From an uncultured Aminicenantes bacterium (GTDB lineage Bacteria; Acidobacteriota; Aminicenantia; UBA2199), in NCBI GenBank assembly GCA_965195285.1, contig CBDAFS010000059.1:8866-72865 (forward strand): a stretch of 64,000 nucleotides of DNA. The letters are read 5' to 3'. The position numbers were made by a program, and so were the translations under genes. Below the pieces are notes generated by a model. It did not search any database and was not told where the DNA came from. It was given only the letters and a program-made list of their open reading frames with translations. How positions within the stretch are numbered: the stretch's first letter is position 1; the number at the start of each line of letters is the position of its first letter. This document shows, in pieces, positions 1 through 8,761 of this stretch.

Positions 1-1180
1 ATCCGGTCTGGGCATTTAAGATGGGTGTCCAGATCCCATCAAAGCCGGTCTTCAAGAGGGAAGGCTGGATGAAATTGGTGGGGCATGCCTGAATGCATTC
101 GCCGCAGCGTATGCATTTCTGTAAAAATTCTACTTCCGAAACCGATCCGGGTGGCCGGGTAAAGCCATGGATCTTGATTCCCGATGCCGGTGCAATTCGG
201 GGAAGTGCAGCCACAAAGACCCCGGAAAGGGCAGAGCCGATGACCTGTCTCCGTCCCAGGTTGATAGGGGTTCGGTTCTCCCTGACGGGGGGATCATATT
301 TTACCCTGATCTCATCATGGGCACAATCGGTTATGCAATTCATACAGACCAGGCATTCGGATTTCAGGTAATCCTGATAAGGGCTTCCGTTGTAGGTGCA
401 ATTCCTGGCACACACATTACAGGCCTTGCAGGTTTCCCCGGTTTTGAGATGTAACAGGCTAAATTTGGCCACCAGGCCGTAAAGGGCTCCCAGAGGACAT
501 AGGTAATTGCAGAAGAATCGCCTTTTGTACAGATTCAAGAAGATGATAACGAAAAATATGATTCCGATGATGACCGATTGAACATAGACCCGCTGGCGAT
601 TGGTCAAAATGTTTTTCCTGGAAAAATCATAAAACGGCTTCAGGCCTTTTGAGATGAGGCCCGAATCCCGGGCTCCGGCTTTCAGAGACAGTTCAATGGA
701 ATAATTGGTGGCAGGGGCAATGACTGTGGTAAAACTTCGGGTAAGCAGGGAGAACGGATCCAACCAGCCTCCGATATGGGTGCCCATCAGGGCCAGGACA
801 ACCACCATGATGAGAATGATGTATTTCAACTTCAATAATTTTTTATCGACCTTTTTTTCCCGGTTGGATTTTCTGAATATCCGGGTAAAAAATTGTTGAA
901 TGGCCCCCATGGGGCAAATCCAGCCGCAAAAGAACCTGCCGAAAACAAAGGTTAAAAATAGTGGAATCAAAGCCAGCAGGAAGATGAGGGTGATCTGGTG
1001 GGTAGCTATCACATTCAATATCAGGATCAGTGGGTCAAAATAAAAAAAGTAATCGCTGAACTGAAAAGACTGGTTGGCGGTTTGGCCGGTTTTGATGAGC
1101 AAGTAGAAAAAAAGAAAAGTGAACAGGATCTGAGACCCAATTCTGATTCTCTGCCAAATTTTACCTTGTTTTTGGGTCAT
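1..1180 (-). CDS. Membrane 4Fe-4S binding protein (NapH/MauN-like membrane part fused to NapG/MauM-like polyferredoxin), runs off the left edge
   Basis: Not in the ORF track because there is no stop in the window. Manual translation from ATG at 1180 gives MTQKQGKIWQRIRIGSQ..., with TM segments, GRFFCGWICPMG, RRFFCNYLCPLG, CKACNVCARNC, CLVCMNCITDC and RPPGS...CIRCGECIQACP. Confidence 0.85.
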   Translation of the reverse strand, partial: MTQKQGKIWQRIRIGSQILFTFLFFYLLIKTGQTANQSFQFSDYFFYFDPLILILNVIATHQITLIFLLALIPLFLTFVFGRFFCGWICPMGAIQQFFTRIFRKSNREKKVDKKLLKLKYIILIMVVVLALMGTHIGGWLDPFSLLTRSFTTVIAPATNYSIELSLKAGARDSGLISKGLKPFYDFSRKNILTNRQRVYVQSVIIGIIFFVIIFLNLYKRRFFCNYLCPLGALYGLVAKFSLLHLKTGETCKACNVCARNCTYNGSPYQDYLKSECLVCMNCITDCAHDEIRVKYDPPVRENRTPINLGRRQVIGSALSGVFVAALPRIAPASGIKIHGFTRPPGSVSEVEFLQKCIRCGECIQACPTNFIQPSLLKTGFDGIWTPILNAQTG

Positions 1181-1184
1181 GGCT

Positions 1185-2075
1185 TCAGACGGAAAAGTTC
1201 TTTATTTTTATTTTGGAGATGTCCAGTTGACCTATTTTTCTTTTGTCCCCCTCCTGGAGAAATGAATATTGCCGGGGATCGGATCCGAAGACACTGGTTG
1301 CCACCACATCCGCTTCCATAATATTGGGGGAGGCAATAACGGTCTTTTTCAATTCGACATCGCTTAAACGGCCGCCTACCGGCCCGTTCCGTTTCATGAC
1401 ACGGAAGGCATCGACAATGGTGAGATGGGTTTTGAATCCCTGAGCCAGATCGGCAATGCTGGCACCCATATTGCGATGGAGTTTGCCCCGGCGTCCCCCC
1501 AGTATCCCATATAGGTTTTTCATGCCAATGGTCAGTCCGGCACTGCCATGATGTTTTAGGATGGGAACATTGATAAATTTGTCCACTTCCAGAAAATCTT
1601 TATAAACCGGCCAGCGGGTTACCTGATCTCCTTTGAAATTGTATATGACCAGCCGGTTTTCATCTGCAAACCGAACCTCGGCTCCGGTTTCCTTGCCCAG
1701 GGCCTCGATCCCGCTCCTGCGGTAGGTATCGGCTGCCTTATGGCAGGGATGATCCATGATGATAACTTTCCTGGCTCCGGCATTGAATACCTCTTCCACA
1801 ATGGCTTTGACCACTTCAGGGTTGGTACAGGCCCCCTGTTCTACGGTTCGGTTCCAGCCAATATTGGGCTTGACCATCACGATGTCCTGTTTGGATACAA
1901 ATTTTTCCATACCGCCCATTCCCTCGATGGCTTTTTTTGTTATCCGATAAGGGGAATCTCCCTGGATTTTTATAACCGGGGGTGAATTGGAATTGTTGGC
2001 CATGGCTCGATCGAATGGAAAGTATAATGAGGAGGAAACGGCTATGGTCTTGAACATAAAATTCCTTCGCTTCAT
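1185..2075 (-). CDS. DUF362 family protein with twin-arginine-like signal peptide
   Basis: N-terminal MKRRNFM; VMVKPNIGW, CTNPEVV, INVPILKHH, GMKNLYG motifs; SD AAGGAG upstream. Confidence 0.85.
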   Translation of the reverse strand: MKRRNFMFKTIAVSSSLYFPFDRAMANNSNSPPVIKIQGDSPYRITKKAIEGMGGMEKFVSKQDIVMVKPNIGWNRTVEQGACTNPEVVKAIVEEVFNAGARKVIIMDHPCHKAADTYRRSGIEALGKETGAEVRFADENRLVIYNFKGDQVTRWPVYKDFLEVDKFINVPILKHHGSAGLTIGMKNLYGILGGRRGKLHRNMGASIADLAQGFKTHLTIVDAFRVMKRNGPVGGRLSDVELKKTVIASPNIMEADVVATSVFGSDPRQYSFLQEGDKRKIGQLDISKIKIKNFSV

Positions 2076-2206
2076 ATCGGTCTCCTTCTTAGTTGATTTC
2101 TAAAAAATAAATCATACCAAATTATACCTCCCACTACAAATTTTGGCAATAATAGTGGTATTGACTTTAGGGCTAAAATAGTGTATCTATTGAGTTTGAG
2201 GTTGTT

Positions 2207-2279
2207 GGGCGGTTAGCTCAGCTGGTAGAGCATCGGTTTTACACGCCGGTGGCCAGAGGTTCAAGTCCTCTACCGCCCA
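2207..2279 (+). tRNA. tRNA-Val (TAC)
   Basis: Cloverleaf GGGCGGT...ACCGCCCA, anticodon loop TTTACAC, T-loop GGTTCAAGTCC; CCA not encoded. Confidence 0.95.
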
Positions 2280-2296
2280 TGTCTGGCAACTGGAAT

Positions 2297-2374
2297 GGGG
2301 TCGTAGTTCAGTTTGGTTAGAACGCAGGCCTGTCACGCCTGAGGTCGCGAGTTCGAGTCTCGTCGGCCCCGCCA
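2297..2374 (+). tRNA. tRNA-Asp (GTC)
   Basis: GGGGTCG...CGGCCCCGCCA, anticodon loop CTGTCAC, T-loop GTTCGAGTC; CCA encoded. Confidence 0.95.
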
Positions 2375-2392
2375 TTTTTTAACCTGCGGTAC

Positions 2393-2734
2393 GGGGGTGA
2401 AAAGGGTTCGACAGTTTTGACGGATTTAAAGTTGCAGGTTGAGCTGAGCAGCTCAAAAAAAGGCTCAACAAAGAAACGCAAACGATTTTGCACTTGCAGC
2501 ATAATTGATATGTTGCCGTTCTGATTTTCCGTTCCTGCCGGGAATTCAGAGCGTCGCCATGCAGGATAGTTCCGGGGGAATCCGGCTTATGTTTCTCCGG
2601 GGCAAAACTTTCATGAGCCCTTTTTCAGGTGCTTTTGTTTGTTTTTTGCCTGAAAAAGTAATGAAAACAAACTAAGCTTGTAGATACTTTAATGGAGTCA
2701 TTATTGGACGCGGGTTCGATTCCCGCCACCTCCA
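2393..2734 (+). ncRNA. ssrA: tmRNA
   Basis: 5' GGGGGTGAAAAGGGTTCGAC pairs with 3' CACCTCCA, including the G3-U Ala determinant; T-arm GCGGGTTCGATTCCCGC; tag frame GCA AAC GAT TTT GCA CTT GCA GCA TAA (ANDFALAA*) at 2478-2504. Confidence 0.95.
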
Positions 2735-2763
2735 TATGCCGGTAATATAACCAATTGATTTTT

Positions 2764-3936
2764 ATGAAAAACATAAAACTGCTGCTCTTTGGCCTATTGC
2801 TAATCAGCTGGCAACTGTTTCCGTTGTCGATTCAAATTCGTTCATTCGATCACGATGGATTTACCCGAATCGTCTTTGAAGGAGATGAAAGTTTTCAGTT
2901 CAAAATCAGGTCTTCAGATTCAAAATTCAGGCTGGAAATAGACAAGAAAGTCCGGGTGGAGAAAGAAGTTATTCAGATCAACAATTCCGATTTACTGGAT
3001 AAAGTAGTCTGTTTGGAGGAGAACCGTAAAAGTGTTTTTTCGGTTTTTGGCAAGGGTGGATTTGAGATTAAAAGGCATTTTGTTATGGAAAGACCTTTTC
3101 GGGTAGTTTTTGACGTGGTCAAATCCGGCCCGGCCCCCGGGGATCAAAAACATCTGAAAATCTCCAATGCAGAAAAATCAGCGGATCTATTTGAGAAGAA
3201 CCAGGAATCGGAGAATGAATTCAAAACCGGAAAGCAGGGGCAGAAAAAGTTGATCGAGACCATCTGTATTGATCCCGGTCATGGCGGAAGTGATTTCGGA
3301 GCCATGGGGAAATCCAACCTGAAGGAAAAGGATATCACCCTGAAACTGGGAAAGAAACTCAAGCAAATTATCGAATCGAAACTGGGTATCCGTGTGATTC
3401 TGACCCGGAAAATCGATTCCGAAGTGTCTTTGAATTCCAGGGTATCCATTGCCAACAACCAGAAAGCAGATATGTTTATCTCTATTCATGTGAATTCTTC
3501 GTTCCGGAAAGCGGCCCGTGGACCGGAGACTTTCTATGTCAGCCTGAAAGCCACTGACCAGGAATCCTTTGATCTGGCCAGAAAGGAAAATAAATCATTT
3601 AATGAAATCGAGCAGAAAGCCGAAAGTGATGACCTGAAGATGATTCTATGGAATATGGCCCAGACCGAATTTATCCGCGAATCCAGTAAACTGGCGGATT
3701 TTATCCAGAGTGAGCTGAATGTACTGATGAATACCATAAACCGGGGGGTCAAGCAGGCCCCGTTTCGGGTATTGATGCGGGCGGCCATGCCAGCTGTTTT
3801 AATAGAAGTTGCCTTTATTTCCAATGCTTATGAAGAAAAGAAACTTACGAATGATTCCTTCCTGGATCGGGTTGCCCAATCCATTTACAGTGGTATCTCC
3901 AAATTCATTTATTATCACAACACCATGAATAGATGA
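2764..3936 (+). CDS. N-acetylmuramoyl-L-alanine amidase (Amidase_3, AmiC-like, N-terminal AMIN-like domain)
   Basis: Signal peptide; IDPGHGG, EK, FISIHVN, PAVLIEVAFISN motifs. ATG 2764 preferred over TTG 2755. Confidence 0.92.
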   Translation: MKNIKLLLFGLLLISWQLFPLSIQIRSFDHDGFTRIVFEGDESFQFKIRSSDSKFRLEIDKKVRVEKEVIQINNSDLLDKVVCLEENRKSVFSVFGKGGFEIKRHFVMERPFRVVFDVVKSGPAPGDQKHLKISNAEKSADLFEKNQESENEFKTGKQGQKKLIETICIDPGHGGSDFGAMGKSNLKEKDITLKLGKKLKQIIESKLGIRVILTRKIDSEVSLNSRVSIANNQKADMFISIHVNSSFRKAARGPETFYVSLKATDQESFDLARKENKSFNEIEQKAESDDLKMILWNMAQTEFIRESSKLADFIQSELNVLMNTINRGVKQAPFRVLMRAAMPAVLIEVAFISNAYEEKKLTNDSFLDRVAQSIYSGISKFIYYHNTMNR

Positions 3937-4511
3937 ACAAGAAATTGATTTACTCGCTGGTGGCCATTGCCTTTGTTTTTTTCATTACCTCGCTGATCAT
4001 ATTTCTGAAATCAAAAAGTTCTGTGGAACCGAAAGCGGAAAACCTTTCTAAATCAGTTGTCCAGACCGAAGCTGAACCGCCTCAGTTATTGAAGGTAAAA
4101 ATTTTTTATTTTACCGACAAATCACGCTATATGAAACCGGTGAATTATGAACTCGAGAATTCCCCGATAAAGATTGAGCTGTACAAACGATTTATTGATC
4201 TGATCATTCAGGGAAAAGAGGACTTCATTACTCCATTACCCCAGGGGTTGAGACTGAGAACCCTCTACTACATTGGAAGCAAAAAATTACTGGTTCTGGA
4301 TTTTAATGAAAACCTGGTTACCCGGTTTCCCGCCGGTAGTTCCTCGGAACTGGAATTTATTTATTTTATTGTGGACAACATCTGTTTCAATTTCGAAGAG
4401 GTTAAAATGGTAAAATTTTTGGTTTCGGGCAATGAGTACAATACCATTTCCGGACACATTGATATTGAAAATCCATTCTATCCTGATTATCGATATTTAA
4501 GAATAAACTAA
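3933..4511 (+). CDS. GerMN domain protein, membrane anchored
   Basis: N-terminal TM; LDFNENL, GSSSE, TISGHIDI patterns; typical position between amidase and murI; ATGA overlap. Confidence 0.8.
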   Translation: MNKKLIYSLVAIAFVFFITSLIIFLKSKSSVEPKAENLSKSVVQTEAEPPQLLKVKIFYFTDKSRYMKPVNYELENSPIKIELYKRFIDLIIQGKEDFITPLPQGLRLRTLYYIGSKKLLVLDFNENLVTRFPAGSSSELEFIYFIVDNICFNFEEVKMVKFLVSGNEYNTISGHIDIENPFYPDYRYLRIN

Positions 4512-4522
4512 CCGTTTGCAGC

Positions 4523-5317
4523 ATGAACCAGAAAGCCATTGGAGTATTTGATTCCGGAATCGGTGGCTTAACCGTTTATCAGGCATTGAAGGATAAAATG
4601 CCGGATGAAAAGGTGGTTTACCTGGGTGATACGGCCAGGCTTCCCTATGGAACCAAGTCTGCTGAAACCATTATCCGTTATTCAGAGGAGAATGCCGCAT
4701 TTTTGATGGGGAAAAAGGTTAAAATCATTGTGATTGCCTGCAATTCTTCATCATCATATGCCCTGCCTCGCCTTCAGAACAAACTGGATATCCCGGTAAT
4801 CGGGGTCATTAATCCCGGAGCCGAAGCTGCAGTGAAGGGAGACGCACAAAAAATAGGAATTATCGGGACCACCGCCACTATCAATTCCAGGGCTTATGAA
4901 AAAACGATTACTCGTTTGAAGCCCGGTCTGAAAATTGTGTCCAGAGATTGTCCGCTTTTTGTTCCCCTGGTTGAAGAGGGATGGCTCGACCATCCGGTGA
5001 CCAGGATGGTGATCGGCGAGTATTTATTGCCGTTGAAAAAACAGGGTATTGAAAAACTGGTTCTGGGGTGCACCCATTATCCGGTTTTAAAAAAGGCCAT
5101 ATCCGAGGTTATCGGTGCCGGGATCAAATTGATTGACTCGGCTCAGACCACCACTGAAAATGTATTTTCAATTCTCACCGAACTCGACTGGCTGAGAAAT
5201 TCCGGGAAACGTTCAGCGGATGAGTTTTATGCCACTGATTTTCCGGAACGTTTTCAGAAAATCGGTGAAATATTTCTAAAACGAAAAATCGTAAAAGTCC
5301 AGGCCGTTTCTTTTTGA
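4523..5317 (+). CDS. murI: Glutamate racemase
   Basis: IGVFDSGIGGLTV, DTARLPYG, IACNS, LGCTHYP. Confidence 0.97.
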   Translation: MNQKAIGVFDSGIGGLTVYQALKDKMPDEKVVYLGDTARLPYGTKSAETIIRYSEENAAFLMGKKVKIIVIACNSSSSYALPRLQNKLDIPVIGVINPGAEAAVKGDAQKIGIIGTTATINSRAYEKTITRLKPGLKIVSRDCPLFVPLVEEGWLDHPVTRMVIGEYLLPLKKQGIEKLVLGCTHYPVLKKAISEVIGAGIKLIDSAQTTTENVFSILTELDWLRNSGKRSADEFYATDFPERFQKIGEIFLKRKIVKVQAVSF

Positions 5318-5447
5318 TTTGGATTTTTGAGATGGCACTCTTCAGATTTGTCCGGATGTGATTTGTTTTCCAGTTTGAATTATGAGATAATTGACAAATC
5401 ATTCATGGCAATGAAAAACAAACCCCGGTCATGAGCAGGATATCTGG

Positions 5448-6938
5448 ATGGAATTTAGTTCACTGATTTTTATTTTCCAGTTTTTGCCCGTTTTTCTGGT
5501 CCTGTTTTTCACAGTAAAAAAAGAAGCCCGTTCACTCATTCTCATCCTGGCCAGTCTGCTTTTTTATTATTGGGGAGAAGGCGGCTTTGTTCTGTTTCTG
5601 CTGGGTTCTATCTTGGTTAATTATCTGCTGGGATTGTGGATCAACCATACCAGGCGAAAGAGATGGGTCGTGCCGGTGTTTTTGCTGGGGCTGGGTCTAA
5701 ATATCGGCTGGCTGGGATTTTTTAAATACACCCATTTCTTTTTTGACAATCTGAATCCCTTGTTAAAGGGGATCGGACTCCCTACTGTTTCCGTATCACC
5801 GATTCACCTGCCCATCGGGATTTCGTTTATTACATTTCAGGCGCTCTCCTATATTATCGATGTTTACCGGGAAAGGAGTCCGGTTGAAAATCATTTTTTA
5901 AATTTTGCCGTTTATCTGGGAAGTTTTCCCAAACTGATTATGGGTCCCATTACCCCCTATCATAAAATGCATTCCCAGATCAGGCGGATGGAAATCAATT
6001 TTGAAGATTTTGCCATGGGGTCAAAACGGTTTATAATCGGTCTGGGAAAAAAGCTACTGATTGCCGATAAACTGGCTCCGGTGGCCAATCAGATTTTTTC
6101 CGTCCCGGCTCCCCAGCAGACTGCCGGCCTGGCCTGGCTGGGTATTATCAGTTTTACCTTGCAAATCTACTTTGATTTTTCCGGCTATTCGGATATGGCC
6201 ATCGGTATCGGTCGGATGTGTGGTTTTACCCTGGTGGAGAATTTCAATTTTCCCTATGTGGCCAGATCCATAAAAGATTTCTGGAGGCGGTGGCACATAT
6301 CCTTGGCCCACTGGTTGCGTGACTATCTGTTTCTTCCCATTGCATACTCGGTTTCCCGCAGAATCAAGGCCGAAAGATTTCTGGGTATCAAGGCAGAAAA
6401 CTGGGCCTATTACCTGGGTTCTTTTGTCACCATGACCCTGTGCGGGCTCTGGCATGGCGCCAGCTGGACCTTTGTTTTCTGGGGAACTTTTTATGGAATT
6501 TTGCTGATCGTGGAACATGCGGGCGGGTCTATGGTTCTAAAACGCTTATGGTGGCCCTGGCGTATTGTTTATACCCAGTTGATGGTTATGGTTGCCTGGG
6601 TTTTTTTCCGGTCGGAGAGTTTGGCCTATGCCCTGCAGTATCTGAAGGCCATGTTCGGTTTCGGCTCTGGTAACGGGTTGGAGTATTATCCGTCACTGTA
6701 TCTGGATGCGGAGGTGATCCTTTTCGGATTGATCGGCCTTCTGATTTCGACGCCACTACCAGGCCGGTTGAAAACACTTCTCCAGACAGCGATTTTGAAA
6801 ACCATTGGGCCGAGTCGATACTGGATTCTGTCCGCGGCCCGGTTTCTGGTTACTGTTTTTTTGGTATTCATCTTTATCCTCAGCGTCATGTCCATGGCCA
6901 GCGGAACCTATACTCCCTTTATATATTTTCGCTTTTAA
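5448..6938 (+). CDS. MBOAT family O-acyltransferase (AlgI/PatA/DltB-like)
   Basis: LPIGISFITFQ, YFDFSGYSDMAIG, ENFNFPY, FWRRWHISL, GLWHGA, FIYFRF C-terminus. Confidence 0.93.
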   Translation: MEFSSLIFIFQFLPVFLVLFFTVKKEARSLILILASLLFYYWGEGGFVLFLLGSILVNYLLGLWINHTRRKRWVVPVFLLGLGLNIGWLGFFKYTHFFFDNLNPLLKGIGLPTVSVSPIHLPIGISFITFQALSYIIDVYRERSPVENHFLNFAVYLGSFPKLIMGPITPYHKMHSQIRRMEINFEDFAMGSKRFIIGLGKKLLIADKLAPVANQIFSVPAPQQTAGLAWLGIISFTLQIYFDFSGYSDMAIGIGRMCGFTLVENFNFPYVARSIKDFWRRWHISLAHWLRDYLFLPIAYSVSRRIKAERFLGIKAENWAYYLGSFVTMTLCGLWHGASWTFVFWGTFYGILLIVEHAGGSMVLKRLWWPWRIVYTQLMVMVAWVFFRSESLAYALQYLKAMFGFGSGNGLEYYPSLYLDAEVILFGLIGLLISTPLPGRLKTLLQTAILKTIGPSRYWILSAARFLVTVFLVFIFILSVMSMASGTYTPFIYFRF

Positions 6939-6953
6939 ATCCGGAATATAAAC

Positions 6954-8699
6954 ATGGCTTCAAACAGGAAAAAAAAGATCAGAACAGTAGTTGAACTGAT
7001 GCTGATCCTGGTCTTTTTCATCCTGTCCATCCATTACATTCAGCGTCACAATTTGAAGGATGATCTGCGCTTGTTGTTTCAGGTCCGGGTTACCGAGCCG
7101 GTGATCTTTGAATTAATTATCAATGAGCAATCCCTGAAATTCAGGATTGATCCGGATTCGGATTTCCAGTATGTGGACTTCAAACTACCCAAGGATGAAA
7201 TACAAACAGTCAGGCTGGGGCTGGGCAATCGGGCTGTCAGCGTGGCCATCAAGCAGGTAAAGTTGAAAACCCTGTTCAAAACCTATGGCTGGCAAAACCT
7301 ATCCCTACCAAAATTGTTTGATTTTAAGCACCGTATCCGCAAAGCCTTTACCGATAGGGAGATTTTCATGGTGGAGACAGAGGGTGAGGGTGCTTTTCTG
7401 GGTCTGGCCGGATCCTTCCCCGCCATCATCAACAAGGTGGCTGCCCGGAAACTGACCCGGTATTTGCTGGCCTTCATACTATCCGGATTACTGTTTCTGT
7501 TGATCCACTTTTTTGATCCCAAAAATCTGAGAAAAATTTTTAATCCCCGGATATATTCTATCCGGGTGCTGGTATTTCTTTTGTTAATTTATTTGCCTTT
7601 GCTCAATTCTGTCTTTAATGTGGTAAAACCCATTGACATTCAGGAGAGGCGAGCCCTGCATAAAAAACCCCGTTTTCGGCTGGATTCCCTGGCCAGCTTT
7701 CCGGATCAATACCAGCGGTATTACAATGATCACTTTGTCCTGAGAAATTGGTTTGTCCGGCTCAACAACCTGGTGGCGTTCAAACTCTTCAACAAGTCGG
7801 CAGTACCCATGGTATTGATCGGCAAGAACGGCTGGCTGTTCCTGTCCAGGGAAACCGATCGGAGGGACGAAAAAGAGTATTTCCGGGCCATCAGACCCTT
7901 TACCAATTCAGAATTGAAACACTGGAATCATATTCTGGAGCAGCGCCGGTTATGGCTGGAACGGCGGGGCATTCAATACCTGTTTGTCATTGTTCCAAAC
8001 AAAAGCACTATTTATCCGGAGTTCATGCCCGATAACATCCGCCAGGTTCAGGACCGGTCGCGGCAGGACCAGCTGTTGGATTACACCCGGGTTCATTCGA
8101 AGGTCAGCCTCTTGGACCTGCGCAGTGTCCTGAAAAAAGCCAAGGAACAGTACCCGGTATTTCACAAAACCGATTCCCACTGGAATGATTTCGGGGCCTA
8201 TGTGGCATACACCGAAATCATGAAATATGTAAATATTTATCATAAAGATGAAACGCCCATGCCCCTGTCCCGGTTTGAAATCCGGATCAAGAACTGGGTG
8301 GGCGGAGACCTGGCCGGTGCCTTGTCTCTTGAAAAAGAGGTGCTCCGGGAAGACATCCTGAAAATGGTCCCCAAAATACCTTTCCAAGCCCGTACCGTGT
8401 TTCGGGAAGATATTTCCCAGTACATCACCAGATCCGTCTCTGCCAGCCCGACCGGGAAGCTGCCCCTGGCCATGATGGTTCACGACTCATTTATTCATGA
8501 ACTGAGGCCTTTTCTGGCCGAACATTTTTCCAGGATGGTTTTTATCTGGGATTGGGGATTGAACATATATCCCCGGTTCATCAGAGCTGAAAAGCCTTGG
8601 ATTGTCATTGAAGAGATGAACGAACGGTATTTGCTGGACAAAGTCCTTTCCAACCCGGAAGCCGTTAATGCTTCCGGCCGTCCTGCTCCGGATTCCTGA
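6954..8699 (+). CDS. AlgJ/AlgX-like SGNH-type O-acetyltransferase with an extra N-terminal membrane-flanked domain
   Basis: GKNGWLFL, VPNKSTIYPE, KTDSHWN (D-x-H), GDLA, HDSF (Ser), ER motifs; follows the MBOAT gene. Confidence 0.85.
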   Translation: MASNRKKKIRTVVELMLILVFFILSIHYIQRHNLKDDLRLLFQVRVTEPVIFELIINEQSLKFRIDPDSDFQYVDFKLPKDEIQTVRLGLGNRAVSVAIKQVKLKTLFKTYGWQNLSLPKLFDFKHRIRKAFTDREIFMVETEGEGAFLGLAGSFPAIINKVAARKLTRYLLAFILSGLLFLLIHFFDPKNLRKIFNPRIYSIRVLVFLLLIYLPLLNSVFNVVKPIDIQERRALHKKPRFRLDSLASFPDQYQRYYNDHFVLRNWFVRLNNLVAFKLFNKSAVPMVLIGKNGWLFLSRETDRRDEKEYFRAIRPFTNSELKHWNHILEQRRLWLERRGIQYLFVIVPNKSTIYPEFMPDNIRQVQDRSRQDQLLDYTRVHSKVSLLDLRSVLKKAKEQYPVFHKTDSHWNDFGAYVAYTEIMKYVNIYHKDETPMPLSRFEIRIKNWVGGDLAGALSLEKEVLREDILKMVPKIPFQARTVFREDISQYITRSVSASPTGKLPLAMMVHDSFIHELRPFLAEHFSRMVFIWDWGLNIYPRFIRAEKPWIVIEEMNERYLLDKVLSNPEAVNASGRPAPDS

Positions 8700-8725
8700 T
8701 GGAATCAACCATTATTTGGAATCTT

Positions 8726-8755
8726 TTGACAAGGTGGCCTGGTTTTTGCTAAGAT
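8726..8755 (+). promoter_or_regulatory. sigma70-type promoter, probably leaderless
   Basis: TTGACA-18 nt-TAAGAT with extended TG, ending 6 nt before ATG 8762; no SD. Confidence 0.55.
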
Positions 8756-8761
8756 GAGCCA

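Noticed and set aside
2187-2502. Two short minus-strand ORFs
   Set aside because: They are reverse translations of the tRNA and tmRNA genes.
2700-2770. Possible integration site at the tmRNA 3' end (also checked at the tRNAs)
   Set aside because: No integrase follows and I saw no duplicated 3' fragment in the window; housekeeping genes are directly adjacent.
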